This document shows, piece after piece, positions 1-13,583 of a DNA stretch of 64,000 nucleotides. Source of the DNA: the human T2T-CHM13v2.0 reference genome, Homo sapiens; the NCBI RefSeq assembly GCF_009914755.1, contig NC_060929.1. One strand, given 5' to 3'. Within the stretch, counting starts at the first letter, position 1. Every line of letters begins with the position of its first letter. A model generated the notes under the pieces. It was not told where the DNA came from and ran no database searches. It worked only from the letters and a program-made list of their open reading frames with translations. The position numbers were made by a program, and so were the translations under genes.

Positions 1-1398
1 GCTCCAGGCGAAAGTTAGAGAATCCTATCAGAAGTAAATATTAAGGATCAAGCTGTTAGCTAATAATGCCACCTCTGCAGTTTTGGGAACAGGCAAATAA
101 AGTATCAGTATACATGGTGATGTACATCTGTAGCAAAGCTCTTGGAGAAAATGAAGACTGAAGAAAGCAAAGCAAAAACTGTATAGAGAGATTTTTCAAA
201 AGCAGTAATCCCTCAATTTTAAAAAAGGATTGAAAATTCTAAATGTCTTTCTGTGCATATTTTTTGTGTTAGGAATCAAAAGTATTTTATAAAAGGAGAA
301 AGAACAGCCTCATTTTAGATGTAGTCCTGTTGGATTTTTTATGCCTCCTCAGTAACCAGAAATGTTTTAAAAAACTAAGTGTTTAGGATTTCAAGACAAC
401 ATTATACATGGCTCTGAAATATCTGACACAATGTAAACATTGCAGGCACCTGCATTTTATGTTTTTTTTTTCAACAAATGTGACTAATTTGAAACTTTTA
501 TGAACTTCTGAGCTGTCCCCTTGCAATTCAACCGCAGTTTGAATTAATCATATCAAATCAGTTTTAATTTTTTAAATTGTACTTCAGAGTCTATATTTCA
601 AGGGCACATTTTCTCACTACTATTTTAATACATTAAAGGACTAAATAATCTTTCAGAGATGCTGGAAACAAATCATTTGCTTTATATGTTTCATTAGAAT
701 ACCAATGAAACATACAACTTGAAAATTAGTAATAGTATTTTTGAAGATCCCATTTCTAATTGGAGATCTCTTTAATTTCGATCAACTTATAATGTGTAGT
801 ACTATATTAAGTGCACTTGAGTGGAATTCAACATTTGACTAATAAAATGAGTTCATCATGTTGGCAAGTGATGTGGCAATTATCTCTGGTGACAAAAGAG
901 TAAAATCAAATATTTCTGCCTGTTACAAATATCAAGGAAGACCTGCTACTATGAAATAGATGACATTAATCTGTCTTCACTGTTTATAATACGGATGGAT
1001 TTTTTTTCAAATCAGTGTGTGTTTTGAGGTCTTATGTAATTGATGACATTTGAGAGAAATGGTGGCTTTTTTTAGCTACCTCTTTGTTCATTTAAGCACC
1101 AGTAAAGATCATGTCTTTTTATAGAAGTGTAGATTTTCTTTGTGACTTTGCTATCGTGCCTAAAGCTCTAAATATAGGTGAATGTGTGATGAATACTCAG
1201 ATTATTTGTCTCTCTATATAATTAGTTTGGTACTAAGTTTCTCAAAAAATTATTAACACATGAAAGACAATCTCTAAACCAGAAAAAGAAGTAGTACAAA
1301 TTTTGTTACTGTAATGCTCGCGTTTAGTGAGTTTAAAACACACAGTATCTTTTGGTTTTATAATCAGTTTCTATTTTGCTGTGCCTGAGATTAAGATC

Positions 1399-1434
1399 TG
1401 TGTATGTGTGTGTGTGTGTGTGTGCGTTTGTGTG
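1399..1434 (+). repeat. (TG)n microsatellite, interrupted
   Basis: tgtgtatgtgtgtgtgtgtgtgtgtgcgtttgtgtg. Confidence 0.95.
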
Positions 1435-2240
1435 TTAAAGCAGAAAAGACTTTTTTAAAAGTTTTAAGTGATAAATGCAATTTGTTAATTGATCTTAGAT
1501 CACTAGTAAACTCAGGGCTGAATTATACCATGTATATTCTATTAGAAGAAAGTAAACACCATCTTTATTCCTGCCCTTTTTCTTCTCTCAAAGTAGTTGT
1601 AGTTATATCTAGAAAGAAGCAATTTTGATTTCTTGAAAAGGTAGTTCCTGCACTCAGTTTAAACTAAAAATAATCATACTTGGATTTTATTTATTTTTGT
1701 CATAGTAAAAATTTTAATTTATATATATTTTTATTTAGTATTATCTTATTCTTTGCTATTTGCCAATCCTTTGTCATCAATTGTGTTAAATGAATTGAAA
1801 ATTCATGCCCTGTTCATTTTATTTTACTTTATTGGTTAGGATATTTAAAGGATTTTTGTATATATAATTTCTTAAATTAATATTCCAAAAGGTTAGTGGA
1901 CTTAGATTATAAATTATGGCAAAAATCTAAAAACAACAAAAATGATTTTTATACATTCTATTTCATTATTCCTCTTTTTCCAATAAGTCATACAATTGGT
2001 AGATATGACTTATTTTATTTTTGTATTATTCACTATATCTTTATGATATTTAAGTATAAATAATTAAAAAAATTTATTGTACCTTATAGTCTGTCACCAA
2101 AAAAAAAAAATTATCTGTAGGTAGTGAAATGCTAATGTTGATTTGTCTTTAAGGGCTTGTTAACTATCCTTTATTTTCTCATTTGTCTTAAATTAGGAGT
2201 TTGTGTTTAAATTACTCATCTAAGCAAAAAATGTATATAA

Positions 2241-2764
2241 ATCCCATTACTGGGTATATACCCAAAGGATTATAAATCATGCTGCTATAAAGACACATGC
2301 ACACGTATGTTTATTGCAGCACTATTCACAATAGCAAAGACTTGGAACCAACCCAAATGTCCATCAATGATAGACTTGATTAAGAAAATGTGCACATATA
2401 CACCATGGAATACTATGCAGCCATAAAAAAGGATGAGTTCATGTCCTTTGTAGGGACATGGATAAAGCTGGAAACCATCATTCTGAGCAAACTATTGCAA
2501 GGACAGAAAACCAAACACTGCATGTTCTCACTCATAGGTGGGAATTGAACAATGAGAACACTTGGACACAAGGTGGGGAACACCACACACCAGGGCCTGT
2601 CATGGGGTGGGGGGAGTGGGGAGGGATAGCATTAGGAGATATACCTAATGTAAATGATGAGTTAATGGGTGCAGCACACCAACATGGCACATGTATACAT
2701 ATGTAGCAAACCTGCACGTTGTGCACATGTACCCTAGAACTTAAAGTATAATTAAAAAAAAAAA
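2241..2764 (+). mobile_element. 5'-truncated L1PA (L1PA4/5-like) 3' end
   Basis: ATCCCATTACTGGGTATATACCCAAAGG (end of ORF2) through the G-rich 3' UTR to CCCTAGAACTTAAAGTATAA and an A tail. Confidence 0.93.
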
Positions 2765-2857
2765 GAAAACAGAAGCTATTTATAAAGAAGTTATTTGCTG
2801 AAATAAATGTGATCTTTCCCATTAAAAAAATAAAGAAATTTTGGGGTAAAAAAACAC

Positions 2858-3030
2858 AATATATTGTATTCTTGAAAAATTCTAAGAGAGTGGATGTGAA
2901 GTGTTCTCACCACAAAAGTGATAACTAATTGAGGTAATGCACATATTAATTAGAAAGATTTTGTCATTCCACAATGTATATATACTTAAAAATATGTTAT
3001 ACACAATAAATACATACATTAAAAAATAAG
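2858..3030 (+). mobile_element. Old L1MA-type 3' end fragment
   Basis: CTAAGAGAGTGGATGTGAAGTGTTCTCACCACAAAA...GAGGTAATGCACATATTAATTAG...CATTCCACAATGTATA resembles L1MA 3' termini. Confidence 0.75.
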
Positions 3031-4044
3031 TAAATGTATAAGTTTTTACACATTATATATATGTTTATATTGCTACTCATGTATCTATCTGGACAGTTTT
3101 CTGGCATGTAGACTATCATTTTATATTCTCTTTTTTTTCTAGGAATTAGAATAGAGAGGACTAATAGAGACTAATAGTCTCTTCGTGCAGTAGGCTTTTA
3201 ACCCTTTACTGAGTCAGGAAATATCAGTTAAGTATTTGGTAATGAATTTGGAAAGTGAACCGTTGCCTTTCTGATTCTACCCAAGTCATGACCCTAACTT
3301 TTAGATTTTGCTATATTCTCGCATCCAACATAAATATAAAATATATTATATATCAGTAAACTTTAAGGTTTCATAAAATTTATCTGATCCCAAAGGTTGA
3401 TTCTTTAAAAGTAGTAACTTGTGACTCATATGTTCATCTAACCTAGGGACAAATTTTTTAGTCCCCTAAGGCATAAGTCTTGTGAATTAAAGCATTTTAG
3501 TATTGGAAAGCTCTTTTGTGTAACTAGGCAGAATAGTTCAAATATCTAATTTATAGTTCACCAGTTTTTGAGAGCATTTGCCAACAAATATTATTCAGTG
3601 AGAATAGTAAACAACAACAACAACAAAAACTCAAAACCTTTCCCTCCAGTGGCAGCAGCTTGCATAATCCAGGTATTCTTTAGATTCTCAAAGGAAAGAA
3701 GAATTAGGTTAATTAACAAGGAGGAAAAAAATTTTTCTAAGTGAAACTTTTAAAGTGTTGTTTAGCAAAGTAGCAGAAATGGTCACATTTGGATTTTGAA
3801 GCACTCAGAGTTCTTGAACTTTTGTCTCTTAGAAGTTACATATTAGGTTGAGGAATTGAACTGTTTTCTTTATTATTTAAGTGATTAAAGGCATTTAGCA
3901 TGGCATATGTGGTAATTCTGAATGAAAATCTTTTGGCTATTGGCAACAAAATGATGTGTATGATGAGAACAGTAATTAGAGCAACCAATATTTGAAACTC
4001 CTATATATAATGATTAAGATAGTGGTAGAAAAAAATAGTCCATG

Positions 4045-4358
<314 letters not shown>

Positions 4359-6264
4359 TAGTCCATGGAAGATAATTTATTTGGGGGAATAGTAGGGAAT
4401 CCTAACAATGGTAGAGAAAGCTAAGAACTTTAAAAGTTCTTTAAAGCTAAAAACTTTAAAAGTTGAAACCCTAAATAGTGGGGAGATATTACATCACTGT
4501 CATGTTGATTGTCAAATCATGTGACTGCCTCATCATTCTGTAGGAAATATTTGTACTTCATATTTTGCCAAAGATTACTGCCTTGAGCTCTGCCTTCCAG
4601 TTCTTGCCAAAAGCATATTTACGAAGGATAACACTAGTGTAAAAATTGCCTAAAAGATATAGAGTCCAGTTTGTCCCTGGATATTTCATATTTTATCCAT
4701 AGACAAAACCAGACTTTCAGAGAGCTGGACAGTTAGGCCACATTGTTTGGGTCACTGTGAAAAGCAGACATAAAGACATTGGAATGAAGAGAGTCAAAGT
4801 GATCTTGCTTGCCTAAGGTGACTATGAATTCAGAGGGGAGTCCACATGGCAGCAATAGGATAGTGGGGAGAAGAAGTGGTTGTCATGGACTTTGAGAAGA
4901 ATTGAGGAAGGGGATGTGGATTTGGGGAAAGTAGGTGACCCTTAGGATGATGGTGGCTAGTTCTTTCCCCCCATAGAGAGAAGTGAAAAGGAAGTGGGAG
5001 CTCAGAGCAAGGAAGTTTGGGATGCGTAAGTTTCCCCTATGTAAAGATGGAATATGAAGATCTAATAAACTTTTTCTCACCCTCCTTCCTGTTGCATTTG
5101 GGAATATGAAAAATACAAAGTATCAGTGAGATATGATGTAGGGAATAATAAAAACCTTTGGAAAAGGACCATTTAGAAATTGAAATAAGGCCATTTTTTT
5201 CTATTCTCTTACTTCATTTTTGGTTTACTATGGGAAAAGCAGAACTCAGGAATGTCTACAGTCAGGGATAGAATTAGATTCCACCAGTGAAGTTTTGCAC
5301 TTCATATTTTGCCAGTGATTACCACCTTGTGTTATGCTTTTCAGTGCCTTTCTGGAACTGAGTTTTTAAAAGCCAGTGAGTTATTGTCAGCCAGACTTGT
5401 CTTTTTTTTTTCCTCCCAGTTAGGGGGTGCACTTTTCACAAAAATACAGTGATTAACACTAATGGAGCAGGGTCCTGTGCCTGGTTAATTCTCTTTAGAC
5501 TTTGATTCTAGTCCCCAGTTATACACATGGAGGCAGCAGCATCAGTGGGTTAGAACTGAAAGGTCATGTGTAAAACTCTCCAGAGAAAAGGGAGAATGTG
5601 ACACTAAATCACCCCTTTGTGCTATGACAGGAGGGAGATAATTTCTTCCCCAGAGGGATGAAGCAGAATTTCATCCCTTTAGGATGTTTTGTCACTAGTC
5701 TGAGTTTAATGGAACACTGTGCTTCAGAAATCACTCCTTCTAGAAAGAGCCTTTTAAAGCTTTATTGACTCATGGAAAATTTTGTGTCCTTAAATTATAG
5801 CTAATGCTCTGGTTTTGTCCCATTGGGATATATATGGGCATGGAAGCTTACACCTAGTTCAGGTCCACATCCTTGTGTCTGATTGGGAGTAACTGCCCCA
5901 TGAGCACTGGGTATAGCTATAGTAACTAGGAAATGTGTTTTTTTAAGGATTAGAATCACTATGGTAAATGAGACCAATAGAACATTCAAAGACTATAACA
6001 CAAAAATCATATAGGTATACTATATGTGTAAGGATGTCAGAATATCTGTCCTGCCTGTGGTCCTTGTTGTAATGTGTCTTTCCCAGAATACTGTTTTGTA
6101 CATGTTGCTCCAAAGGGTGGATTTTAGTGATGAACTCTTGATGAATATTTAGATGGTGGCATCGTTATGAAAAGTGTTACTGTTTTCTACAAAATGAATC
6201 ACTTTTGGTTATGCTTACATTTCTAGAGTGTATCACCTCTTGATAAATTAAGCACAAAGGCATT

Positions 6265-6345
6265 TATATATAAAATATATATAAACACATATATAAAATA
6301 TATATTATGTATGTATATATTATGTAAATAAATATACATATATAA
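6265..6345. repeat. AT-rich low complexity, (TA)n-like
   Basis: tatatataaaatatatataaacacatatataaaatatatattatg... Confidence 0.85.
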
Positions 6346-6504
6346 CCATGCAGGGTGGAGGAAGGGAAATGTATACTATATATGTTTCTCATTGTCTTCT
6401 GTTCAGGACTCATCTGGAATTTTATTCTGGCTCAATTTTTTTTCTTTTTTTAAGGTTATAGATAGAAAGACCTTGTTCCTTTATTTAAAGTGTTCAATGG
6501 GTGG

Positions 6505-6660
6505 ATAATAGTAATAGCATCTACTAGTTAATGAGTACTCATTTTGTGCTAGGCAACATTCTATTAACAACCTATGGGTTTCAGTGCATCCTACAATAGC
6601 AAATGGCAGAGTTGGACTTAAACTGAAATCTGGCTGATGGCAAGGTCCACTTAACCATTC
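6505..6660 (-). mobile_element. MIR fragment
   Basis: aatgagtactcattttgtgctaggc...aaatggcagagttggacttaaact resembles the MIR reverse complement. Confidence 0.55.
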
Positions 6661-6959
6661 AGTTGACTTCTGTTAAAAAAAAGGGAAGCATGCAAGTCGT
6701 AAAAGGGAAAAAAAGCAGTTAAATTTCATCAAGAAGATGCCATTTATTTATAAAATGAGAGGAAGAGATGTTTCCAATTTCATAGAGAAAATAAGAGCAT
6801 AATTATATGCCATTTTTACATAGAATTATGAAAGTTGCTGGTTATATAGTCATAATTTGCATTTCCACCCATTCTCTCTGTAAGCAGCTATTGCCATTTT
6901 TTTCTCATGCACAAAATCCTGTATCCTGAGAATGCATCTTCCTTAGGAGCAGAAAAGAG

Positions 6960-7310
6960 GCAGCTTTGGAGCAGATTCGCCACCTTTCTGGGTTTTGCTT
7001 TCCAGGACAGTACCGGCTCCGCCTCCTCGCTTGCTTTGACTTCTTGCACATTCTTACCTCACAGCTGGTCAGACAAAAGCTTTTTGCTGAGGATTTTCAT
7101 TTCTCAAAGACTACAAACTCGATGTGCCAAAATATGACTTCGTTTTCCTATAAGTTAAGTGAATTCCTCTCTTGAGCCTCTATATTCTCTGTTGATGTAA
7201 ATTTGACCTTAATTTGGCGTGTTTCCTTCTCGTTCTCCTACTGCTGGGGACACGTCTTCATTCAAAGGCAAAGTGGGTGGGGACCAAGGTAAATGACGTA
7301 ACATCACAGT
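6960..7310. promoter_or_regulatory. Candidate enhancer-like element (unique, CpG-retaining)
   Basis: 10 CpGs in ~320 bp within a CpG-poor region. SP/KLF-type GGCTCCGCCTCC (7015-7026), E-box CAGCTG (~7062), nuclear-receptor half site TGACCT (~7204) and CRE-like TGACGTAA (7294-7301). Confidence 0.35.
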
Positions 7311-9183
7311 TTGGTGGAGTGAGTTGTGTCCTGGTCTTCATCCATCCTGTCTGGCATTCCTTAGATACCTATTGTCATAGTCATAGCTAGTCTTGGTTAC
7401 TGATATCTTTGCACACTGACATCCTCTGATTCTTCTTTGGTCTAAATGAAATAGAAATTACAAGATGTTTAATGCAGCGTGGAATGGGAAGGAAGAAATG
7501 CATGAAGTAGAGGGTATGGTAATCTCAACAGATTCTGGCAAATTTCTCCTATGACTACAACTTATATTTGGGGTGAAATTTTAAAAAGCCTCTGTAGGAA
7601 AATAGAATATTAGTGCTATTTTCACAAGGAAAAGAGTAGGCATTCTATTCAAATAATTTATGAAGGAATTGATCTAAGCAAAAAAAAAAAAAAAGTTAAG
7701 GAGGTGCCATTTAATTCATCTCCTGAGACTAACTCAATTGCTTCAGAAATCTTTACTTTGAGAAATTTAGCGAGACAGCGAATTGTTTGGGGGAAGGAAT
7801 AAAAAGTGCTGCCCTAGGAGGAATGAAAAGTGCGCTGTCATCTCATTCCTGTTAGTTTTTTTTCAGCAATGCTTTGGTATTAAATGTATAGCCAAAAGTT
7901 GAAAGGAACCATTAATTCATAGTTGGAACACATCTCAAAACAAACACAGAAAGGTCAAAACACAGCTCTTTTGGTAAGTATTCTTTTAGGAACACAAGTT
8001 AGCATTTGTAGCCCATCTACTTTTTTCATACTGATGTATTACTCAGGAAATCTTTTCAAAAAAGTGATTTCTATGTATGCTGTTAATTGTAATTTTTACT
8101 AGAGAAATTGGAGCACAAAACATCACAACCTTCCTGTAATTAACCTGTGGCAGATGGAAGTTCAAGAATTACATCTTCTGCCAATTAAGGATATTTTTCT
8201 TTAATTACAAGTACTTGGGCATTTCAGTAAATGTAATGGTTTATATTTTATGCATAAGGGTTTTGCTTCTGTGGAAAAATATTTTTTTCCCCATAGAAAT
8301 GAAGTTGAGCAAAATGGAACAAAGAAGACAGATGTGTAAAATTGCCATGATTTAATATTTTTATACCACCATCTGAGCATAAAATTAGACTATACTACAG
8401 GGAGAGCATAGAACAATAGCATCATTGGTGTTTTTGATGGACTTGAGCCTGTGGGATGAGAGGGCTTGTTGAGGTGGGACACAGATTGAGAAAGGTGAAG
8501 TGGCTACTGGTACGCATGGGGACCTTTCATTTTCCATGAGATGGGGAGGAAAACTCCCTGGAAAGAAGAGAGACCAAACAACCATTTGTGAGATGGGGGT
8601 GAAACCCAAACTGTGATAGTTCTTTTCAATTCAAAATAGTGGTAGGGGATATCAAAGGGGAGAAGAATCAGAGAGACCATGAGCATGAGATTTTTGGAAG
8701 GGATGTGGAGTAAGGAGTTGCAATTCAAACTAGAAGAAGCTATAAAAGGAACTAATGGTAGCAGTAAATGATATTTTCTAGATTATAAGGAGATGTGAGA
8801 AATTGCTTGTTTTGAAATGTTTTGAATTCTGTTCCTTCCACTGCTGACTTGGTTTGGTCTCCCATCTGTAAAATATATAATCAGGTAGCAATGATGAGCC
8901 CTAACATTTGTTATGTGCCATGTGCCAGGTAACATACACACATGACATGGCACCTGTCTCAAGAAGCTTGCAGTATAATATGGGATACATATAAGACATT
9001 AAATTACAATTTGGTGCAAAAACCAAATGATTTACAAGTTATGGCAGTGGCTTATAGAGGAATGATTCTCACTGCCTGTGGCAAGAGGTGAAATCTGAGT
9101 AGGGGGTTCTGGGGAGTTTCTGCAGAGGAAGTGTTCTAGAAGATACAGAAGAGATGGTTAGAGAAGGAAGGAACAGGAATTTT

Positions 9184-9374
9184 AATTTTCTTTTCCTCCT
9201 CCTCTTCCTCCTTGTCTTCTTCCTCCTCTTCCTCCTTCTTCATCTTCTTTTTTTTTTTAGAGGTGGAGTCTCACTATATTTCTCAGGCTGGAGTCAAACT
9301 TCTGGGCTCAAGTGATCCTCCCACTTCAGCCTCAAGCCAGGTAGGACTACAGGCATGCACCACTGTTCCCAGTT
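9184..9374 (-). mobile_element. Alu monomer (FLAM-like) with a tail converted to GAG/GAA repeats
   Basis: Monomer ~9248-9374 (ctgggctcaagtgatcctcccacttcagcc). 15-bp TSD AGGAACAGGAATTTT at 9169-9183 and 9375-9389 encloses the CCT/TCT tract. Confidence 0.85.
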
Positions 9375-9949
9375 AGGAACAGGAATTTTTAAATGGAGGA
9401 GAAAGCATGTGGAAATTCACCAAATCAAGAAATTTCAAAGAAAACAGTTATCTTCAAATACGTAATATAATGTAGATTTTTAAATTAATTGTTATTGTTT
9501 TAAATCAAATTCTTGTGCTAGAGAACTGTATCATTTTTCAGGTTATTGTGAGGGGGAGGCATGGGGCCATGACTCTTGGAATAGTCATTATTTTTTTAAT
9601 TGACTTTCAAAAGTTATTTGAAGATTTTGGCATTGACCAATGTCCCTTTCCTTACGCAGTTCTCAAGCAAAACTAAAATAAAAACTAACACTCCCAGTAT
9701 TTTTCAAAATCTATTTTTTACTCATTTGTTAGAGCATAAATGAAGAAGGCGTTCTCTGTTCTTTTTGTTAGAGAGGGCTCAACTTACCAAGAAAATATTG
9801 AGTCAGTTGAAACCAGGCATCAGCAATTCAGTAGTACCAGTTTCTCCATTTTCTTCTGATGCCTGGTGTCTTGTTTGCCCTCTAGCTTGATCGCAGATTA
9901 GTCTGTTAGACAAGAAGCAGCCCTGTTTCTGATGGATGGTGGGTATGGT

Positions 9950-10559
9950 TACGGTAGTTTTGGAATATATTTGGCTAAGCTGGAAGTATGTTTCCCAGAA
10001 TTTCCTTCCTCTTTGATTTGAGGTTTGCCCCAGGAGTAGCCCCAAGAGAAATTGTATGAAATTTGGAAGACGAAGTGAAGCTGCTGCCATTTTGCTCTGA
10101 AGGTTTGTTCTGAGCACCAGGCATGACTGCTGCTCTGTGCACATTGTGCCTGATCTCTGGCCTCCCTTTTTGGCCTGGCGTGGCAGCTGGGACCACAGCT
10201 CCTCCTGCCCCTGCAGGATCTCTTTTTCAGCTTCTCTACGTCCTGGGAAAAGCTCATGTACAGCCCCATGGTGAAGGGCACCAGCTTCTGCAGGACATGT
10301 GTGTCACTGGATATGAGGGCAGTGAGAGACAGATGAGGGAGGGTTCTGTTTTTTCCTCACTCTCTTGACTTTGTGTCCATTGGCAGCCCTGCTCACACCA
10401 ATCGTCACCTCTGGCCCACCACCAGAAACAGAGCCAAGAGAATTTCAGAGGCTTCTTCACCAGCATCCACAATTGTGGGAAGTCTAATTCCTAGTAAAAT
10501 CTCTTCTTTTCCATCACACATAATGGTTCTGCTTCTCTGATTGAACCTTAACTGGTACA
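9950..10559 (+). mobile_element. Solo ERVL-class LTR (LTR41/LTR33/MLT2-like)
   Basis: 5' TTGGCTAAGCTGGAAGTATGTTTCCCAGAATT and 3' GGTTCTGCTTCTCTGATTGAACCTTAACTGGTACA, typical ERVL LTR termini. Confidence 0.7.
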
Positions 10560-10999
10560 GTTCCCCTACAATACATCATGAATGCAAGTGTGGCTAATTT
10601 GTGCTTATTAATAGTGACGAGCAATTGGGTGGCATAAATCATTAAAATTACAGGTGATTAAAACGTGTTATTTAGTAATTTCAACCACTTCTTCTAACAA
10701 ATATAAAAATTAGGTGACTTCTATTTCACTGCCTTTTATGAATTGAATGATGAATACAGTTAATGGTTCTCCTATGTAAATCATTGCTTTTTCCATAGGG
10801 GACAATTTAATACCGAGGGAACTTCCAACACTGGTAACATCTGTCTTCTTTGTGTCAGAGAGTGGAGATATGTGTGGAGACTGTTTACAAATGTGAGAAA
10901 AGGAGGAGGCTAAATATTTTTAGTGACACTTTTGGTGATAGTATGTGTACACATATATCATTTTCAAAAATCCAAAGAGCACTTATTCCTGCAAATGTG

Positions 11000-11317
11000 A
11001 ATTAATCCTTTTCTTACTTTGAGCATGACCATATAACTTGCTTTGGTCCATAGGACATTAGCAAGAGAGTGCAAACCAAGACTTCATAAGTACTTGTGCA
11101 TTGGAGCTTGGCTATCTAGAAAGTTCCCTTTCGGGAGCCAGTTACTATGTTGAAAAGATGCTTGGGCTGAATCATGAGAGGCAACATGGAGAGAGGCATG
11201 GGGAATTAGGAGACCCACCAGCTGAACCCTGCCAGAATTTCTGAGAAACAGAATTCTGAGAAATAATAAATTGTTGTTTGGGGGTGGTTTGTTATATGGC
11301 AATGGAAGACTGAAACA
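11000..11317 (+). mobile_element. MLT1 (MaLR) LTR fragment
   Basis: GAGAAATAATAAATTGTTGTTTGGGGTGGTTTGTTATATGGCAAT...CTGAAACA, typical MLT1 3' end. Confidence 0.75.
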
Positions 11318-11750
11318 AGCTATAACAGCCTTCACAACAAACTTTCTTCTTTCTTTAAACAAACAAACTATGCATTAACTTAGTTCTGATTATTCCTTTT
11401 TAAACTCCTTCCCTAGTTTTCCTCTTATTGTCTCAACTTCGTCTTTTCTCATGGAGGTGTGGATGGCTGGTGCTATAAGCATTGTGAGTTGGGAGATACT
11501 GGCAAGCCCTGCTTACCAAGAATCTTTTCCTTATCAGCCTGTCCTGGTACTTGAAACTTCACCATTATATAAATAAGGAAAATTTTCTCCTAAACTAAAG
11601 AATTTTCATCTCCAAGAATAAATATGCAACTATCCCTGGACACATACACTATTCTTTGTCATTCACCATTGAGCCAGGATTAATTTGTAAGTTTGCTTTC
11701 CTGGGAAACAGCTAACTGAGAAGGAACAGAAAGACTTGCCCACACATTGA

Positions 11751-12105
<355 letters not shown>

Positions 12106-12189
12106 TGTTCCTTCAGCTTTTAACTCCCTGAACCCTGTGATTAGGTTAATTTTCCCATTATAGGCTCTGATAGTACCAAAAAACTCCTC

Positions 12190-12380
12190 TTTGAGCACTT
12201 ATCGCAGTGGCAATTCAACCTTTTTTATGTGTAATTATATTTATATCTCCTAGAACTGTAAGCTCCAAAGGGTCAGAGACCTTGTCTGTTTTGACCACTG
12301 TAGTATTCCCAATTCTTCCCATATACGCTGACACACAGAATGTACTCAATATTTGTTAAATGAATGAGTGAATGAATGAA
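12190..12380 (+). mobile_element. L2 3' end
   Basis: CTGTAAGCTCC..GGGTCAGAGACCTTGTCTGTTTTG...CTCAATATTTGTTAAATGAATGAGTGAATGAATG. Confidence 0.8.
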
Positions 12381-13119
12381 CTGTGATTCTGAACAATTAA
12401 ATTCTCTCTTTCTTTCTTTAGAAATTCTTGTGCCTGGACTTGGTTTTTTATTACTATTGGGGGCAAGAAAGCAGTCACTTGGCATTCTAAAAGCTCTATG
12501 AGATGTTTCAAGAGGAGGAAATTAAAGCTAAGTGTGCTATGCTTGAAATGAAGACTTATTAGACCAATGTAGGCTCCCTTACAATGCCTGACCCATTTCA
12601 GTTGTAGCCCATGAACAAAATCATTTCCAGAAGTGAGAAAACTAATAAGAGCTAACATGCCTTGTACTAGCAGGCATTGTAAAAACATCACTGGAGCGCC
12701 GTCAATATTATTCCTGTTTTTCCACACCATAATAATTTATAGCTTCCCTTTCTTTTATAATTAAATAATTTCAGACGTGTTAAGGAAGAACCATAATGGT
12801 TTAATACACTTTGCAGTTCTCTGATTTATCTTCACTGAAGCCTGTAATAATTAAACATAAAAATTATATACAGTGGGTTTATTAATATAAGAAAAAAGGA
12901 AGTGATGGAGCTTTAGATTTTCTTTTAATATTGCTATTCCACCTTTGAATGGGTTGAGCAAGAATAGCAATCATGTTTTAACCAATGTTTATCTTATGAA
13001 TAGTATTTTTGTCATTTTCTGAGGGGTGTGTGTCAAAAGCTGCCACTTTTATTTCCCTAGGGATAATTGCTGCTTGTTCTTCAATTTAGAATATCTGGGG
13101 TAGTAATTGATCTGGAGAA

Positions 13120-13320
13120 GCACTTCTTAAAGTGCAATGCTAATTGCAGGAAAGAGAAAAATGGGTTCTGTGGTCACACAGGTTTGGGAAATGCTGCCTT
13201 AAATAAAATTAAATAGTGCTTTTTTTCTTTTGTCACAGGATTGATAATAATATGCTCTGTAAATCTCCAAAAGGAAGGTTATAATATACAGCATTTCCCA
13301 TTGTCATCTGATCATTGAAT
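13120..13320 (+). mobile_element. MER103-like hAT-Charlie DNA transposon fragment
   Basis: GGGTTCTGTGGTCACACAGGTTTGGGAAATGCTG...AATCTCCAAAAGGAAGGTTATAATATACAGCATTTCCCA. Confidence 0.65.
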
Positions 13321-13583
13321 TTTAAATTTAATTAAACACTTTTTTGGTTTGGTATGTTCTTTGACATTTAAATGTGTTCTCTCAGTTTAAATTTTGGGAG
13401 ACTTAACCCTCAAAATGTTTGTGAGATATAAATAATCCTCTTCTTATGCATGTAGAGAGGTGTATACAGGCATAACTTGGAGATATTGCAGGTTCAGTTC
13501 TAGACCACCACAATAAAGTGAATATCACAATAAAATGAGTCACACAAATGTTTTGGTTTCCCAGTGCATATAAAAGTTATGTT

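Larger units (their letters stand above)
1..3040 (+). other. Putative terminal exon / 3' UTR of an unidentified + strand gene
   Basis: 2.2 kb of repeat-free AU-rich sequence with ATTTA/U-rich clusters (~1685-1740). AATAAA at 96, 841, 2802, 2829 and 3005. All three + frames stop within the first 44 nt (e.g. ...SRRKLENPIRSKY* at 3-44). Compositional inference only; gene not recognised. Confidence 0.4.

Noticed and set aside
1-44. Naming the upstream gene or calling a CDS from the short open frames
   Set aside because: At most 13 codons are visible and I do not recognise the peptide or the UTR; a BLAT search is needed.
9803-10472. Cluster of 70-113 aa ORFs
   Set aside because: They fall in a GC-richer ERVL LTR, occur on both strands, and show no recognisable domain.
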